Positions 30,701-39,207 are shown, counted from the stretch's first letter. The stretch: 64,000 nt of DNA from a virus (IMGVR_UViG_3300024255_001563:96001-160000), one strand, 5' to 3'. Numbers and translations are program-made. The notes: generated by a model from the letters alone, not told the origin.

Positions 30701-33700
30701 ACTCCGGAAGTGGTTATATTTCAAAGCCTAATATTGTAATTAACGGGGCACTAAAAGAAGGCGGCAGACCAGCAAAGTTAGATGCAGTAATTGGAAATTC
30801 TCCTGTACGTAGCATGCATACTGTTGTTAAATTTGACAGAATATCGGGACAGTTTTTTATTACACAACTAAATGAAACTGAATCCTTTGTTGCAACAGGA
30901 TCAAAAACAGTGTTTGATTTAAAATGGCCTATGGACATGAGAACTAATACTGTTGAAGTTACGGTCGATGGCGAGCTGGTTCTTGGTAGTAATTACTCGT
31001 ACAACAATCTTATTAATAGAAAAGATGGGTACGATAAATTTTATGGAAGAATTGAATTTATTGATCCTCCAGCTAACGAAGTAGTAGTTGAAGTAAACTA
31101 TAAAAAATCTATCAATATGTTAGATGCTCAGGATAGAATCAATTTGTTCTATAACCCAACAGACGGGCAAATTGGTAAAGATATCAGTCAATTAATGGAC
31201 GGTGTTGATTACGGCGGCGTCGAAGTTAAGAGTTTTGAATTTGGTGCACCTCCAGGATGGGATACCGGAGACTGGTATACGGATAACTGGGATGTCTTTG
31301 ATGAAAATTACGACGACGAAAGTTTTGAAACAGACGGATCAACTTTAGTATTTGATTTAGCTAAACCTTTAGAAAGTGGCGTTACTTATAACGTTTACAT
31401 TAATGGTACTAGAGTCGACGATAGCAACTGGGACGGAACATCATCGGTAGAATCTAATCCCTACGCATTTATGGCGCCGCTTATCGGTGATGGGGTTACT
31501 GATACATTAGTATTTGATAATGAAATTAGATTCCGCCAAGTTGTAGACGAACTAGATAATGGTAGCGGCAATGATAATCCTCCAGGAAATATTATTACTA
31601 TTCGCAGAGCAACGTCAGATGGAAGCCAAGAAGTTAGCGGGTCGTCTTATGACACTGCACTAACAGGAGGCGACTTAGCTTATACTACCGCAACAGGCAT
31701 ATCGGCAGAAGATATTAATATTGACGGTGACGGATTTGTAACTCCGACTACTTCAAAAGGTCCAGAAGAAGTTGTCCCAGGACAGATAATGGATACTCTT
31801 GATATTACTGTTTACGAACGTCCAAACAGCGGTACTGGTGTTATAGAAGTTGACAACTTTAAAGGTGATGGACAAACACAAGAATTTAATTTAACACAAA
31901 CACCAATCTCTTTACAAAGTGTAATAGTTAAGAAGAATTATATAATTGTTAATCCAGCTGAGTATAGAGTTGATATTCCAAATAGCAAAGTAGTATTTTA
32001 TACTGAACCTGCTAATGGAGATAATATTTCGATTATATCTTCGAGCTTAGGAGGTACGAACTTAGTTGACTACGGCGAAACATATACAGATGCTAGTACA
32101 TACATATATGAAACTACTATTTCATATAGCAGCGAAAATACTGCATACGTAACAGTAAACGGCGTAGAATTGCCCTTTGAACTTATTGATGATAATGGCA
32201 AAACAGCAATTAAATTTAGTGAATCTCTACCAGCTAACAGACTAATACAATATGGTGTTTTTGATTCAAATATTGAAACTTTTAGCAAAATATCAATAGA
32301 TGAAATTACAGCAGATGGTTCTTCTATTAGTTACGAATTATCAAGAGCGCCGTTTGAACAACAACCTACGTCCTATTACACTGTTGTTACAGTAAACAAT
32401 GAGCGTGTTCTAAATGCAGGATATAGCGAAAGATTTATTGTAGAAGAAAGTGTACTACAGTACAAAATGAAAGTATGGCAAATACCTGTAGGATCAGTTG
32501 AAGGAACAGAACTTAAAGTGTTCTTAAACGATAGAGAACTAACATTCTTGCAAGAATGGACATACGAAGGCGCAGGCAGCTTTAATGCTAGGATTAGTCC
32601 AGATGCGCAGCCTGGAAGTACTATTATATTAAATCGCGGCGTTGCAAATGCCGGAGATGAACTAAAAGTGTTTATACTTTCGACAGGAGAATATAGATTT
32701 GGGTATTTTGATACAGATAACGATTTTGTTGACACAAGCGGAAAACAAACAGCAGCAATACTTACTCCAGTAATCGAAGATGGCGTAATAACAGAAGTTA
32801 CTATCGTTGATAGCGGACGCGGCTATAATGCTTCTTCAGGAATTTCTGCTAAATCTGATACTGGTACAGGAGCAGAACTTGAAATTACTGTAGATGAATT
32901 AGGATCAATACAAAGTGTTATTGTTAATAACGGTGGCAGAGATTACAATAGCTCTACAACAATTATTACAGAACTAGTTCCGGTACCTGCTATAATATAC
33001 TTTGATGAAACTTTCGAATCAGGAGATATTATTAAGGTTTATCAATTTACTAATCATGACGGTTTAGGTATTGAACGTGAAAAATACAATGTAGTAGAAC
33101 GTACTCAAATGACAGTTGGTACTCCTGGCTATTACGATTCTCGTTTACTTAAAAATAATTTGATTGACTTGCGTAAACAAGCAGTGAGTGTAGACTATGT
33201 ATGGATTAATGTTAATGGCAAGTGGCTAATACCGACTGCTGATTATATTTTGTTAGAAGACAAAAAACGTATTCGATTTGTTACAACACTAAATGATTAC
33301 GACATTGTAGATATCATACACTTTGCTGCACCATCTGTAAGTAATAGAATTGGCTGGAGACAGTTTAAAGATATGTTAAACAGAACTACTTATTTACGCT
33401 TGTCAAGCGAGGATGAATTTACAATAACAAGTCCTCTACATTGGTACGACAGGACTATTGAAGTAAGCGAAGGCTATGAAAATTTACCTCAGCCAACTGC
33501 TAACAGTAAGTATCCAGGCGTAATTTTCATCGACGGAGAACGAATTGAATATTTCCGCAGAGAAGACAATATTTTAAAACAGCTTCGTAGAGGAACAATG
33601 GGAACTGGAGTTAAAGACATTTATATTGCTGGTACAACAATGTATAATCAGGGAATCGATAGTGTTATTCCTTATAAAGATGAAGAGGATCGGTTTAGTG

Positions 33701-34509
33701 TTACTTCTGGAAAATACACAGATATGACTACCTATTATCCGGACACTGAATCTGAAATTGTTGTTGATACTATTACATATGACTTTAACAATAATACAGT
33801 GTTTCCGGTAAGAGTTGCAGACGTATACGAACAAATTGCAACAGTTACTGGTAGCGGTTTTAGATCAGGTGTACAGGTGTTTATGCAGGATGCAGAAGGA
33901 ATTTCGAGAGAGCTAGAAAAGGTATCAAGTACAGATACTGAAATTCAATTCCATACAGAGACAATGCCTGTAGGAGCATATGATTTAGTAATTTATAACC
34001 CAAGAGAAGAAGCACCGGCTGTTAGAGCTGCCGAAAGTTTAGTATTACCTAAGTTTTTGCCATATGTGCAAATACTAGTAGATTTTAATCCTGAAGCATT
34101 TACTGACGTTGTAACTAATCCGACAGAAACTGGAGACTGGTACAAGGCACCGTTTGATGAAGGCGGGATACCAACAGAATACTGGCAAGCACTAAACATT
34201 GAAGTATTTTCAAATGGACGTAGACTGCGTAAAAATCCTGTTACAGTGTATGATGTAAACAGTGGGCAGTTTAGCCCGGACGGCGATATACAGCTCGAAG
34301 CTGAATTTGCAGTTAATAAAAACGAAGGAGCATATGTGCGTCTAACTACGCCACCGGCACCTGAAACTACACTAACTATAGTTAGAAAGCTTGGCGAAGA
34401 ATGGAGAGAGATTGAAACAACTAGTCCTCTAACGTTTAAACCACTAGGAAATTCCAACACGGAAGTAGCAACTTTCTTGCGTGGGAAGACAATTAATTTA
34501 CCGCGATAA
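18709..34509 (+). CDS. Giant virion structural protein (5266 aa), probably a baseplate wedge/fibre scaffold in the gp7-like position
   Basis: Directly follows gp6. The N-terminal RHLPKYFRTEKNQKFLQSTLDQL is baseplate-like. Contains CBM5/12-like modules, FG-GAP-like blades and repeated V-x-I-x-N/D-x-G-x-GY beta units. Confidence 0.8.
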   Translation: MAHNDNQKEFPIPDGNSNKRETARHLPKYFRTEKNQKFLQSTLDQLLQPGTAEKTNSFVGRKTAKSFSLNDTYLDEVSDDRANYQLEPVSVIKDQNNNVTYYQEYRDYINQIANFGGVNNNHSRNTKQEFYTIDPHIDWDKFTNFRNYYWLPNGPQAVDIPGEQKEIASTYTVELQSALGDYSYVFSPDGLTNNPTLKLYRGVKYRFEITTPGVPLTFRTKRTLDDEFLLDEGITAQEVESGVIELTLGTESPDELFYVASNDINIGGLIRVANQEDASFIDVTSEILNKKAYTTRDGWALTNGLKIKFAGETIPSTYAEGEWYVEGIGDKINLVSSTDVDVSFPVGIDLTVPFDDIDGEGFDGLPFSQAIGYPKDKDYILINRASVDGNFWARYNRWFHKDVIDLSSRVNGVSVNLDQTQRASRPIIEFDAGLKLYNFGTKNKSSVDLIDNFTSDVFSTIEGGLGYNVDGIQLSQGMRVLFLNDPDPLVKGRVFEVTFINFKGSGETGQISLVETDDSIPQSGENVLVIRGNENGGKIWYFDGEIWNIAQEKTSVNQPPIFDVFDKDDESFSNTEKYIASSFRGTKIFGYKENQLTTDSELGFGISYRSISNVGDIVFDFNYNTDAFNYQDNDQITTIPINKGFLRKYYNNNTFESVGIYTKAHRMSEQKVILQYVNDRTRLTYPINCYNQSSYLDDLTVAVYVNNIRQKENVDFVLENNADKFKHVKFNNTVPVDSTIIIKCASSKPKNKNGYYEIASNLEKNPLNDDIESLTLGEISEHVATIVDSLIDEIGDEFTSTNFRDISNSSKYGKKFLKHSSPLNLSMYSLLDKDSNLIKSIRYAKKEYSKFKREFLEIAEGLEFNGSNKQHVDEIIKELTKSKTSSMPFYFSDMIPYGTAIKTRIIVEDPDARFFALNRQFTLDTLSTQAVTVYLNNTQLLHEKDYIFNSQGFIEITATKSFQDIIEINEYDTTNGSFIPPTPTKLGLYPLHQPEQFVDNSYSTPVTLIKGHDGSIVRAFNDYRDELILELEKRIFNNIKVKYDQTLFNIHNYLPGLNRNTGFSRQEVYTPMISDFLQWMTLVDTDYTINSYYDRQNSFTFNYSKLSDKNGDMLPGWWKGAFRHYFDTITPHLTPWTMLGYTIKPTWWEDQYGPAPYTKNNYLLWEDLEKGIIREPGKGFVINPLYARPGLTTFIPVDKNGNLLGPSDCNIPKKFNTVNLNDGFVFGDSAPVEEAWRNSSEFPFALLTSLAINNAPLLLATGYDRSRQVRNQLGHIVYSETDTYIKLQDIVTFSDAQDSQLIQTSGVVNYVQGYMASTLSDNFYNYQTALTSIQNNLAFKVGGFTDKSKFKLILDSRTPLNDGNVFIPEENYQIFLRTSSPLKTINYSGVIIELSAQGFVIRGYDREIPAFTYYPSYQSSNDISTNVGGVSESFVRWEANRTYSKDTIVEGAAGVYYRATSTFTSVNQIDTKNLVKLPKLPVTGGIDAIFKSKFNKSQTLSLQYGSTLRTVQEVIDFLLGYEAWLKDQGFRFEYFDGNEQIISDWKASAKEFMFWVTHKWGEGALISLSPAADQVYFETEYSIVDSVTDNFYGYSLLKADGKSLTQDLIKINRIEDNVFKLEPASATDGIYAIKLPVVQKEHVVLIDNLSVFNDIVYQPETGYRQDRIKIFGYRTGDWNGSLNIPGFIYSEVNISDWEPWKDYKVGDIVKYKEFYYTADKQVPGEEFFNFYSWKRLDDVPSSKLQPNFDYKATQFTDFYDLDTDNFDVEQQQLAQHLIGYQKRQYLENIVNDEVSAYKFYQGMIKEKGSKNSLDKLFDVLSETDSDSLDFYEEWAIKQGQYGSAEGFDEVEFKLDEQKFRLNPQPIKLTNLDNLEGLTYGIKDYEVFKKPSNYSTDLFPTLDTYSQFTRSPGFVNLDDTKYILSNYDDLLTLNIDTTLKGEYVWVGSSLNSWNVYQYDKIDTTLIGVQTLPEKVTDTTSAYELKLTLNNSPSVDVGEIIGVYDVITETVSANSVTTIQEQNSFSGFFKVTKKVLNIIYVESDDQYPEVIDCIGIITKFDSVKVANYKEANEFAQSGIIKDSLIWVENNNQNWKVLKNTQPYNLLQKIEGDTSEINDDFSRSIAVNDRNSIISIASPNAGNDGKISIYNRGGNNQDYQFSQFIEPNIEVANFGKQFGLGQGFSLDGKYLLVGAPSAANVKSRFKGPWDENTDYQNGDIVKYEGLLWEIIVDIQGAASAQEFGSFGSIIEILQKNNIFAAEASFKNIVTGNYPFSDVETDHVLIRAPRDQYNATGTGDTVFFDWYLQTTANQDQDVLEDRQPFDGAIPQINETFLESGLTIQKKVDVVLYIDVISAIPEIGDQVEAENVFGYVNYVFVDAGAATIYIERTSGQWSTTDNIFLESGEFVGQYVKQLPDEQIDVTADLGGYWYFDLGTTITVGDTRTDEGRSLAVYNIVPQGSVDLEAAGGNIYDLNNSVTNIGENSINSYIRTLTYQGTPGPGGSLNIIPSDLFIVRAPKDLTDKLVVGDEVGLEILRFPKYSDDSYVDITPTGLSYTDTNKKHTLYDLWTGYIDFDLDELTPPDQGGQPYEPRVGQFVRERTPNPGGTARVVFFQKFNNSRGRVYVTDVQGDWGIGNDGRYLEMIGTESDTFTSQTLGDIRATALGSEDLNIGSLCVFQLDAEIEDVPPASTIIGAEYLIYKDFEILGLPLLPNFPSSDNFDYKQVFNIKTDPNGSGNGLSNFGYFAVYEKENVSSFNVVNSFIVPDELDNLRIGSTIKIAKRNDLYKAFIGCAGNGTTNNPGRIYFVNNGTDDEGIVYNWELAKDKRYKGEFNSNKNFFVNDYVYYEGYFYEALTNIAGDGSTFIPTEWQLINSDQIRSIDYLGYVPNDTNILPEDFNYKGFFTKRSNYIVDEIIQYQNGNFYKALRNIPLNYNGFIDNNGVIEVPSADWELINFTLGGDQDLRLDSTNLVKFAEKFDVSDNAEVLVVTAEFNNGIRKVVIYRNVNDNYQKTQELVSPLVNDLNIEFGKSLSISQDGNLIAIGAPGADDSTLGDNIGAVYIYEQKDGTFELSQTLTSATPAEGEAFGSTIDFDGRTLYVSAYNASSDDDTTFDNTSTTFDNLFTAFKNKIKINGAVYVYDRIDNSLIFGQAIDYHTYLDRDSVAEIDRFGRNILAKNNHIYVAVPEYTNSSGNTGILLDYRRPGTEKLWSIHRENQPTVDLEKIKSIFLYDSKKNELVQYLDYIDPAQGKIAGPADQEIRYKTTVDPAVYTLGTSNLVVDETLSWGPEQKGRVWWDLSNAKFYDVYQGNLIYKANNFNTLYPGASIDVYEWVESKYTPEDWDKLSITSRGAAENITGTTKYGSVSYSSRRVYDPVVGSFTTYFYYWVKNKTTVPDILGRKLSVNAVSKLIEDPKGEQYKFISFADSSSFVLHNCGKLLKDSDIVLNIQYWTTGNKYSNIHNQYQIVTEGLSTSVPNDTIINKVFDSLVGYDSQGRNVPDATLSVREKYGILNKPRQSMFVNRSEALKQVIERVNLIFKENLIIDEKDTSLLFDNDPAPKITSGRYDTVIDNHVDLQFVSSARAQTAELTPIVENGRIVRVDIANPGRSYKVVPTYEITGQGADAKLAISLNALGQIDNVAVLNQGYNYNENTVISVRPIAVLVNSDETANSQWALYHRISNEWIRVASQAYDVKSYWDYIDWYATDYDQFTQVNHLIDFTYNLQGLDANNGDIVKVLNAGGEGWILLEKIDEQDTIDYTVNYKTVGKQNGTIKLKETLYSFDNSLIGFDNQTFDTQFFDKQPIAEVRIILKALKDNIFVADLADEFNNLFFVCLRYVFTEQGYVDWAFKTSFIKAQHNVGDLQQKVTFKNDNLTSFENYINEVKPYKSKIREYVSTYSKLENTSNIISDFDSPPRFNSTTGAITATDVKVVNGVLFNTGQTAVIDQSWLANLTYEVIEINISDSGEGYVFPPLIEIEGDATAKVSLGPNGILSKVIITNSGSGYISKPNIVINGALKEGGRPAKLDAVIGNSPVRSMHTVVKFDRISGQFFITQLNETESFVATGSKTVFDLKWPMDMRTNTVEVTVDGELVLGSNYSYNNLINRKDGYDKFYGRIEFIDPPANEVVVEVNYKKSINMLDAQDRINLFYNPTDGQIGKDISQLMDGVDYGGVEVKSFEFGAPPGWDTGDWYTDNWDVFDENYDDESFETDGSTLVFDLAKPLESGVTYNVYINGTRVDDSNWDGTSSVESNPYAFMAPLIGDGVTDTLVFDNEIRFRQVVDELDNGSGNDNPPGNIITIRRATSDGSQEVSGSSYDTALTGGDLAYTTATGISAEDINIDGDGFVTPTTSKGPEEVVPGQIMDTLDITVYERPNSGTGVIEVDNFKGDGQTQEFNLTQTPISLQSVIVKKNYIIVNPAEYRVDIPNSKVVFYTEPANGDNISIISSSLGGTNLVDYGETYTDASTYIYETTISYSSENTAYVTVNGVELPFELIDDNGKTAIKFSESLPANRLIQYGVFDSNIETFSKISIDEITADGSSISYELSRAPFEQQPTSYYTVVTVNNERVLNAGYSERFIVEESVLQYKMKVWQIPVGSVEGTELKVFLNDRELTFLQEWTYEGAGSFNARISPDAQPGSTIILNRGVANAGDELKVFILSTGEYRFGYFDTDNDFVDTSGKQTAAILTPVIEDGVITEVTIVDSGRGYNASSGISAKSDTGTGAELEITVDELGSIQSVIVNNGGRDYNSSTTIITELVPVPAIIYFDETFESGDIIKVYQFTNHDGLGIEREKYNVVERTQMTVGTPGYYDSRLLKNNLIDLRKQAVSVDYVWINVNGKWLIPTADYILLEDKKRIRFVTTLNDYDIVDIIHFAAPSVSNRIGWRQFKDMLNRTTYLRLSSEDEFTITSPLHWYDRTIEVSEGYENLPQPTANSKYPGVIFIDGERIEYFRREDNILKQLRRGTMGTGVKDIYIAGTTMYNQGIDSVIPYKDEEDRFSVTSGKYTDMTTYYPDTESEIVVDTITYDFNNNTVFPVRVADVYEQIATVTGSGFRSGVQVFMQDAEGISRELEKVSSTDTEIQFHTETMPVGAYDLVIYNPREEAPAVRAAESLVLPKFLPYVQILVDFNPEAFTDVVTNPTETGDWYKAPFDEGGIPTEYWQALNIEVFSNGRRLRKNPVTVYDVNSGQFSPDGDIQLEAEFAVNKNEGAYVRLTTPPAPETTLTIVRKLGEEWREIETTSPLTFKPLGNSNTEVATFLRGKTINLPR

Positions 34510-34512
34510 ATA
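34505..34512 (+). promoter_or_regulatory. Late promoter GATAAATA overlapping the stop of the giant gene
   Basis: TAAATA core 19 nt before ATG 34531. Confidence 0.6.
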
Positions 34513-34530
34513 CTATGACAGGAAACTTAC

Positions 34531-35145
34531 ATGGCAGATAATTTTAAAGACACACAAGGAATAATGTTGCAAGGACACATTAAGATTCACGACCCGGAAA
34601 GCGGTGAAGTTCTTATTAACAAACGTAACGCTATTCATTATGAAAATATGAGTATTGCTCTTGCTGAGAGTTTAAGTAACTCAGGCGAAGGCTGGATTAA
34701 CGAGATGAGTTTTGGTAATGGAGGTACGTCAGTAGATCCAACAGGCGTCATTACATACTTAACTCCAAATAGCTCCGGAGTAAATGCAAGTTTATATAAT
34801 CAAACATTTACAAAAGTTGTAGATGACAGGAGTGTAAACAACATTGACCCTGCACGTAACAAAACAGAAATACGTCATGTTAGCGGTACTAACTACACTG
34901 ACATACTTGTTACTTGTTTGTTAGATTACGGTGAACCAGACGGGCAAGACGCATTTGATACAGCATCAAACGCAGATAATTTATATGTATTTGACGAATT
35001 AGGACTTAAAAGTTATTCTGCAGACGGTACTAGCAGACTATTAACGCATGTTATTTTTCATCCAGTTCAAAAGTCTTTAAATAGGCTTATACAAATTGAC
35101 TATACTGTAAGAATACAGAGTTTAACTGGTTTTAACGAGGGGTAA
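34531..35145 (+). CDS. Conserved baseplate/fibre-attachment structural protein
   Basis: GHIKI...NAIHYENMSIALA...FGNGGT...YVFDELGL...LLTHVIFHPVQKSLNRLIQIDYTVRI. Beta-rich, and located between the giant protein and the fibres. Confidence 0.6.
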   Translation: MADNFKDTQGIMLQGHIKIHDPESGEVLINKRNAIHYENMSIALAESLSNSGEGWINEMSFGNGGTSVDPTGVITYLTPNSSGVNASLYNQTFTKVVDDRSVNNIDPARNKTEIRHVSGTNYTDILVTCLLDYGEPDGQDAFDTASNADNLYVFDELGLKSYSADGTSRLLTHVIFHPVQKSLNRLIQIDYTVRIQSLTGFNEG

Positions 35146-35148
35146 TAG

Positions 35149-37242
35149 ATGTCATATACAATTAGTTACACTGACCTAGCAAAAGAAGGCACAATTACAG
35201 TACAAGATGGTACTATTAACGATCAAACTACGTTAAAACTACCCGGAAGAAACACAACTTCTTATGGTGCTGTTATTGCAGAAAACTTTCTGCATCTATT
35301 AGAAAACTTTGCTGCTACAATAGAACCTGCAAATCCTATAGAAGGACAAATATGGTATAATAATTCAGTTGACGAAGAGCAACTGTTTATGTATAACGGA
35401 ACAAATTGGGTTCCGGCTAGCGGAATTACAAAGTCAATTGGTACACCTGCTTTTGCACAAACAGGTGATCTTTGGGTAGATACAGATAATCAGCAGTTAT
35501 ATCTATTTACAGGCGGCGGCTGGATTTTAGTTGGTCCACAATTTAGTGAAGGTTTGTCGACTGGTGCTAGAGCAGATCAAATTGTAGGACAAGACAATGA
35601 ACTGTACAATGTATTAAGGATCGAAGTAGGCGGAGTAGTAGTAGGTATAATTTCAGGATCTGATAATCCGTTTTTACCAAAAGCAACTGTTGCAGGGTTT
35701 CCAGTAATTAATCCTGGATTTAACGTAATTAGTAGAGATACTGATGCAGACGGACTTAGCAATTTTAAATTCTTTGGAACTACAGAAAAGGCAGAGAGCT
35801 TAATTGTAAATAATCAAGTTATTCCTGCAGGAAATTTTCTTAGAGGCGACACGTTAAGCATAACAGATTCTCCAATTAATGTTCAAAATAACTCAGGTAT
35901 CAACTATGGAGTTAACGGAGAACTAACAATCGGTGTTGAAGGGCAAGCAGGTATTATTCAACATAATATTGGCGGATCAAATATTGACATGCGTGTTAGG
36001 AATAACAATCAAACACGAACAGTAGTACGAGTAGATTCAAATCTACGTGTTGGTGTAAATACAGAAGCCCCAGAAGAAGCATTAGATGTAGTAGGTAATG
36101 TACAGTCTAGTGGTAATTTATATGTTAACGCAACTACACAAAGTACTACAATTAATAATGGTGCGTTAATTGTTAGAGGCGGCACAGCCGTTAAGTTAAA
36201 TCTTAATGTAGGCGGCGAAACAGAGTTAAGTAATTTGCTTACTACCCGAGAAATTGTACCCGATGACAATAGTATCCGAGATATAGGCACCTCACAGAAT
36301 CAATATAAACACATTTATGCAAACAGACTGTTTGGCGACATTACTGGTACAGTAACAGGTAAAGTAAATGGTCCGTCTACGGAAACAGATAAATTAACCT
36401 CGCGTACTACATTTATTATGGAAGGCGATGTATCAACAGTTGTTCCTGTTGAGTTTGACGGCAGTTATCAAGATCCTAATTTTAACAATGGTCAAAACGT
36501 TGACGGAGAGCCGCTGGCGGTGGGAGAACAGCCGTTACAGAAAAAGTTTCGAACTGAAATATCAAACCAGTTTATTTCGGGCAAAACACAAGAATTTGAT
36601 GTTGCTAGCAACGATTTGCTACTATTTGACGATCAAGAAGGCGACAGTCCGGGACTAAAACATGTTACTAAAAGTGATTTATTAAAAACAATACCAAGAA
36701 ACCCTCCAGGGATAATTCTTCCTTACGGTGGAAATGTAGCTCCTACAGGATGGCTGTTATGCGATGGTAGAGAGATTAACAAAGACGAATGGCAAGCGTT
36801 GTTTTCAGCAATTGGTTATAATTTTAAATCTGAATCTCAAGTACAAAACAATTATTTTGCAATACCTGATTTACGAGGAAGAATGCCATTAGGTGCAGAC
36901 AATATGGGTGGCACAAGTTCAAACACTGTGCAAGCTAATTCTGCAGATGTTGTAGGCGCCAGAGACGGCGCAGAAAGCAAAACTCTTAACATAGCGCAAA
37001 TTCCTGATCACCAACACGATATGCAAGACGGAAGTAATAACCAATACTATGCATATCAAGATCGTCGAGACACAACAGTTGACGGAGTAGCAGAAGAAAC
37101 TTCTGGTGTAGGCGATGGTAATGCACAGCGTATACCTAATTCAGGCGGCATACAAGATAGAAGAGGAGCAGATACTGCGCCACTTAATATTATGCCACCG
37201 ACAGTGACAATAAATTATATTATTTACGGCGGAAGAGAATAA
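35149..37242 (+). CDS. Tail fibre 1 with C-terminal tail-collar domain (gp12-like)
   Basis: Shares the N-terminal ENF..LLENFA...GQIWY anchor. C-terminal PPGIILPYGGNVAPTGWLLCDG...FAIPDLRGRMPLG is the collar motif, followed by an HxH motif (HQH). Confidence 0.85.
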   Translation: MSYTISYTDLAKEGTITVQDGTINDQTTLKLPGRNTTSYGAVIAENFLHLLENFAATIEPANPIEGQIWYNNSVDEEQLFMYNGTNWVPASGITKSIGTPAFAQTGDLWVDTDNQQLYLFTGGGWILVGPQFSEGLSTGARADQIVGQDNELYNVLRIEVGGVVVGIISGSDNPFLPKATVAGFPVINPGFNVISRDTDADGLSNFKFFGTTEKAESLIVNNQVIPAGNFLRGDTLSITDSPINVQNNSGINYGVNGELTIGVEGQAGIIQHNIGGSNIDMRVRNNNQTRTVVRVDSNLRVGVNTEAPEEALDVVGNVQSSGNLYVNATTQSTTINNGALIVRGGTAVKLNLNVGGETELSNLLTTREIVPDDNSIRDIGTSQNQYKHIYANRLFGDITGTVTGKVNGPSTETDKLTSRTTFIMEGDVSTVVPVEFDGSYQDPNFNNGQNVDGEPLAVGEQPLQKKFRTEISNQFISGKTQEFDVASNDLLLFDDQEGDSPGLKHVTKSDLLKTIPRNPPGIILPYGGNVAPTGWLLCDGREINKDEWQALFSAIGYNFKSESQVQNNYFAIPDLRGRMPLGADNMGGTSSNTVQANSADVVGARDGAESKTLNIAQIPDHQHDMQDGSNNQYYAYQDRRDTTVDGVAEETSGVGDGNAQRIPNSGGIQDRRGADTAPLNIMPPTVTINYIIYGGRE

Positions 37243-39203
37243 TGAGTTATAAAATTAACAAAACAAATGGAGAATTGTTAGTAGATCTAGTAGATGGACA
37301 AATTGACACTACGTCAACTGATATAACTCTTATAGGACGTAATTATAAAGGGTTTGGCGAATTAGTTAATGAAAATTTTGTCAAAGTCATGGAAAACTTT
37401 GCCAAGTCAAGTGCTCCAGGAGCTCCTCTTGTAGGACAATTATGGTATGATACTGCTGAAGAAAGATTAAAGGTATATACAGGAGAAACATTTAAGACAG
37501 CATCTGGAGCATTAGTCAGTCAGACACAGCCTAATCTTGTAACAGGTGACATTTGGATTGATAGTTTCAATAATAAACTTTACTTTTACGACGGCGAAGA
37601 TATTGTATTAGTTGGCCCGCAGTACAGTGCGCAACAGGGCAAAACAATTGTAGAAGCTGCAACTATTATTGACGAAACAGGCCAAGACCAAACAGTTTTA
37701 TATATGTACATAGGTGGATTGTTAACAGGAATATATTCTAGAACAGAATTTAGACCGTCGCTTAACATTACTGGATTCCCAATAGATATTGATGATACAA
37801 ATATTCCTAAAAGACAATTGATTAAAACAGGATTTAATCCTGTTAGTGCTGATTTTGTATGGCAGGGTACTGCAAAGAGTACACAGTCATTGATTAGTGC
37901 TGGCGGCGAAGCATTTACAGATGCTAACTTTATGAAAACTGACAGTGACACTAGCACAAGTGGATCTCTTGCAGTTAAAGACGAGCGTGGACTAACCGTT
38001 GGTAAAAACGATAATGTTTATGCTGCATTACGTGTAGACACTGGCGATATTACTACGCTCGAGTCACAGCAAGGTAATAAAGATTTTGTTATTCGAACAA
38101 AACGTGGTAGTAACTATGATAATGTATTTTATGTTAAATCTGCGGTAAAGCGTGTAGGTATTCTTACAAATACTCCAGCATTTGGATTTGACGTTAATAC
38201 CGATGCTAGAATAAGTGGAGAGCTAACAGTTGACGGAAACTTAACTGTAAAGGGTGATAGTACTTTTCTTCAAACAGAAACATTACAAGTTGAAGACAAA
38301 AACATTGAATTATCAATAGACGCTGCGGGACTTCCAGCAGGCAACGACACTGTTGCAGATTTAGGTGGTGTTACTTTAAAATCAACCGACGGCGATAAAA
38401 CAATATATTGGTCAAACACTACTCAAAACTGGACTGTTGATCAAAACTTTGATTTAGAAACAGGTTTAGCTTATAAAATTAACAACATAACAAAACTATC
38501 TGATGACAGATTACATAATTCTGTTTTATATGCAGACGGATTAATACGTGTTGGTACATTACAATACTTAAATGTAGATCAATTTAACTTTTTAAATTCT
38601 ACAATGACTACAACAAGTCCTCTAAGCATAGTATCTAATGGTACTATTACAGTTAACAACAAATTAATTACGGGTGTATCAACGCCAATAAGTCCACGGG
38701 TAGCTGCAAGAGATACTCTTACAGAAACTACAGACAGTGCAGTAGTTACTAAGCAGTATGTAGATGCAGAAATAAAAGCAGAGCCATTAGTTACATCTCT
38801 AGATGTAACAGGTTATGCAGATCCTGAATCAAACTTTGCTGCCAACGGACCGTACAATAACGTTAAAGCAATATTAGAACAACTTTATAGTGCTGCTGAT
38901 AAGGAAGAAGGTACCTTTGCTAAGGTTTATTGTACAAACTATGTTAATACTACAGTTACAAACATTGACGTTGATCAATTAGTTGATGATCCGGATAATC
39001 CGGGCGGTCCTCAAATTAGTGCTGTTCGTAAATCTTATATTGCTGTAGACAAGGATGGAAATCTAAGTGACGAATCAGTAGTACAAGATATTGAGTTCTT
39101 ACCAGTATCTGCTACAGCAGGATTTATTCCGGATAGGGCAATAATGGAATTTGAAGTACAAACAAATGCATGGACGTGGCTCCGTACCAACGTACTTCCG
39201 TGA
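37242..39203 (+). CDS. Tail fibre 2 (paralog)
   Basis: Same N-terminal anchor (GRNYKGFGELVNENFVKVMENFA...GQLWYD); fibre-like LTVDGNLTVKG and VEDKNIEL. Confidence 0.75.
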   Translation: MSYKINKTNGELLVDLVDGQIDTTSTDITLIGRNYKGFGELVNENFVKVMENFAKSSAPGAPLVGQLWYDTAEERLKVYTGETFKTASGALVSQTQPNLVTGDIWIDSFNNKLYFYDGEDIVLVGPQYSAQQGKTIVEAATIIDETGQDQTVLYMYIGGLLTGIYSRTEFRPSLNITGFPIDIDDTNIPKRQLIKTGFNPVSADFVWQGTAKSTQSLISAGGEAFTDANFMKTDSDTSTSGSLAVKDERGLTVGKNDNVYAALRVDTGDITTLESQQGNKDFVIRTKRGSNYDNVFYVKSAVKRVGILTNTPAFGFDVNTDARISGELTVDGNLTVKGDSTFLQTETLQVEDKNIELSIDAAGLPAGNDTVADLGGVTLKSTDGDKTIYWSNTTQNWTVDQNFDLETGLAYKINNITKLSDDRLHNSVLYADGLIRVGTLQYLNVDQFNFLNSTMTTTSPLSIVSNGTITVNNKLITGVSTPISPRVAARDTLTETTDSAVVTKQYVDAEIKAEPLVTSLDVTGYADPESNFAANGPYNNVKAILEQLYSAADKEEGTFAKVYCTNYVNTTVTNIDVDQLVDDPDNPGGPQISAVRKSYIAVDKDGNLSDESVVQDIEFLPVSATAGFIPDRAIMEFEVQTNAWTWLRTNVLP

Positions 39204-39207
39204 AACA

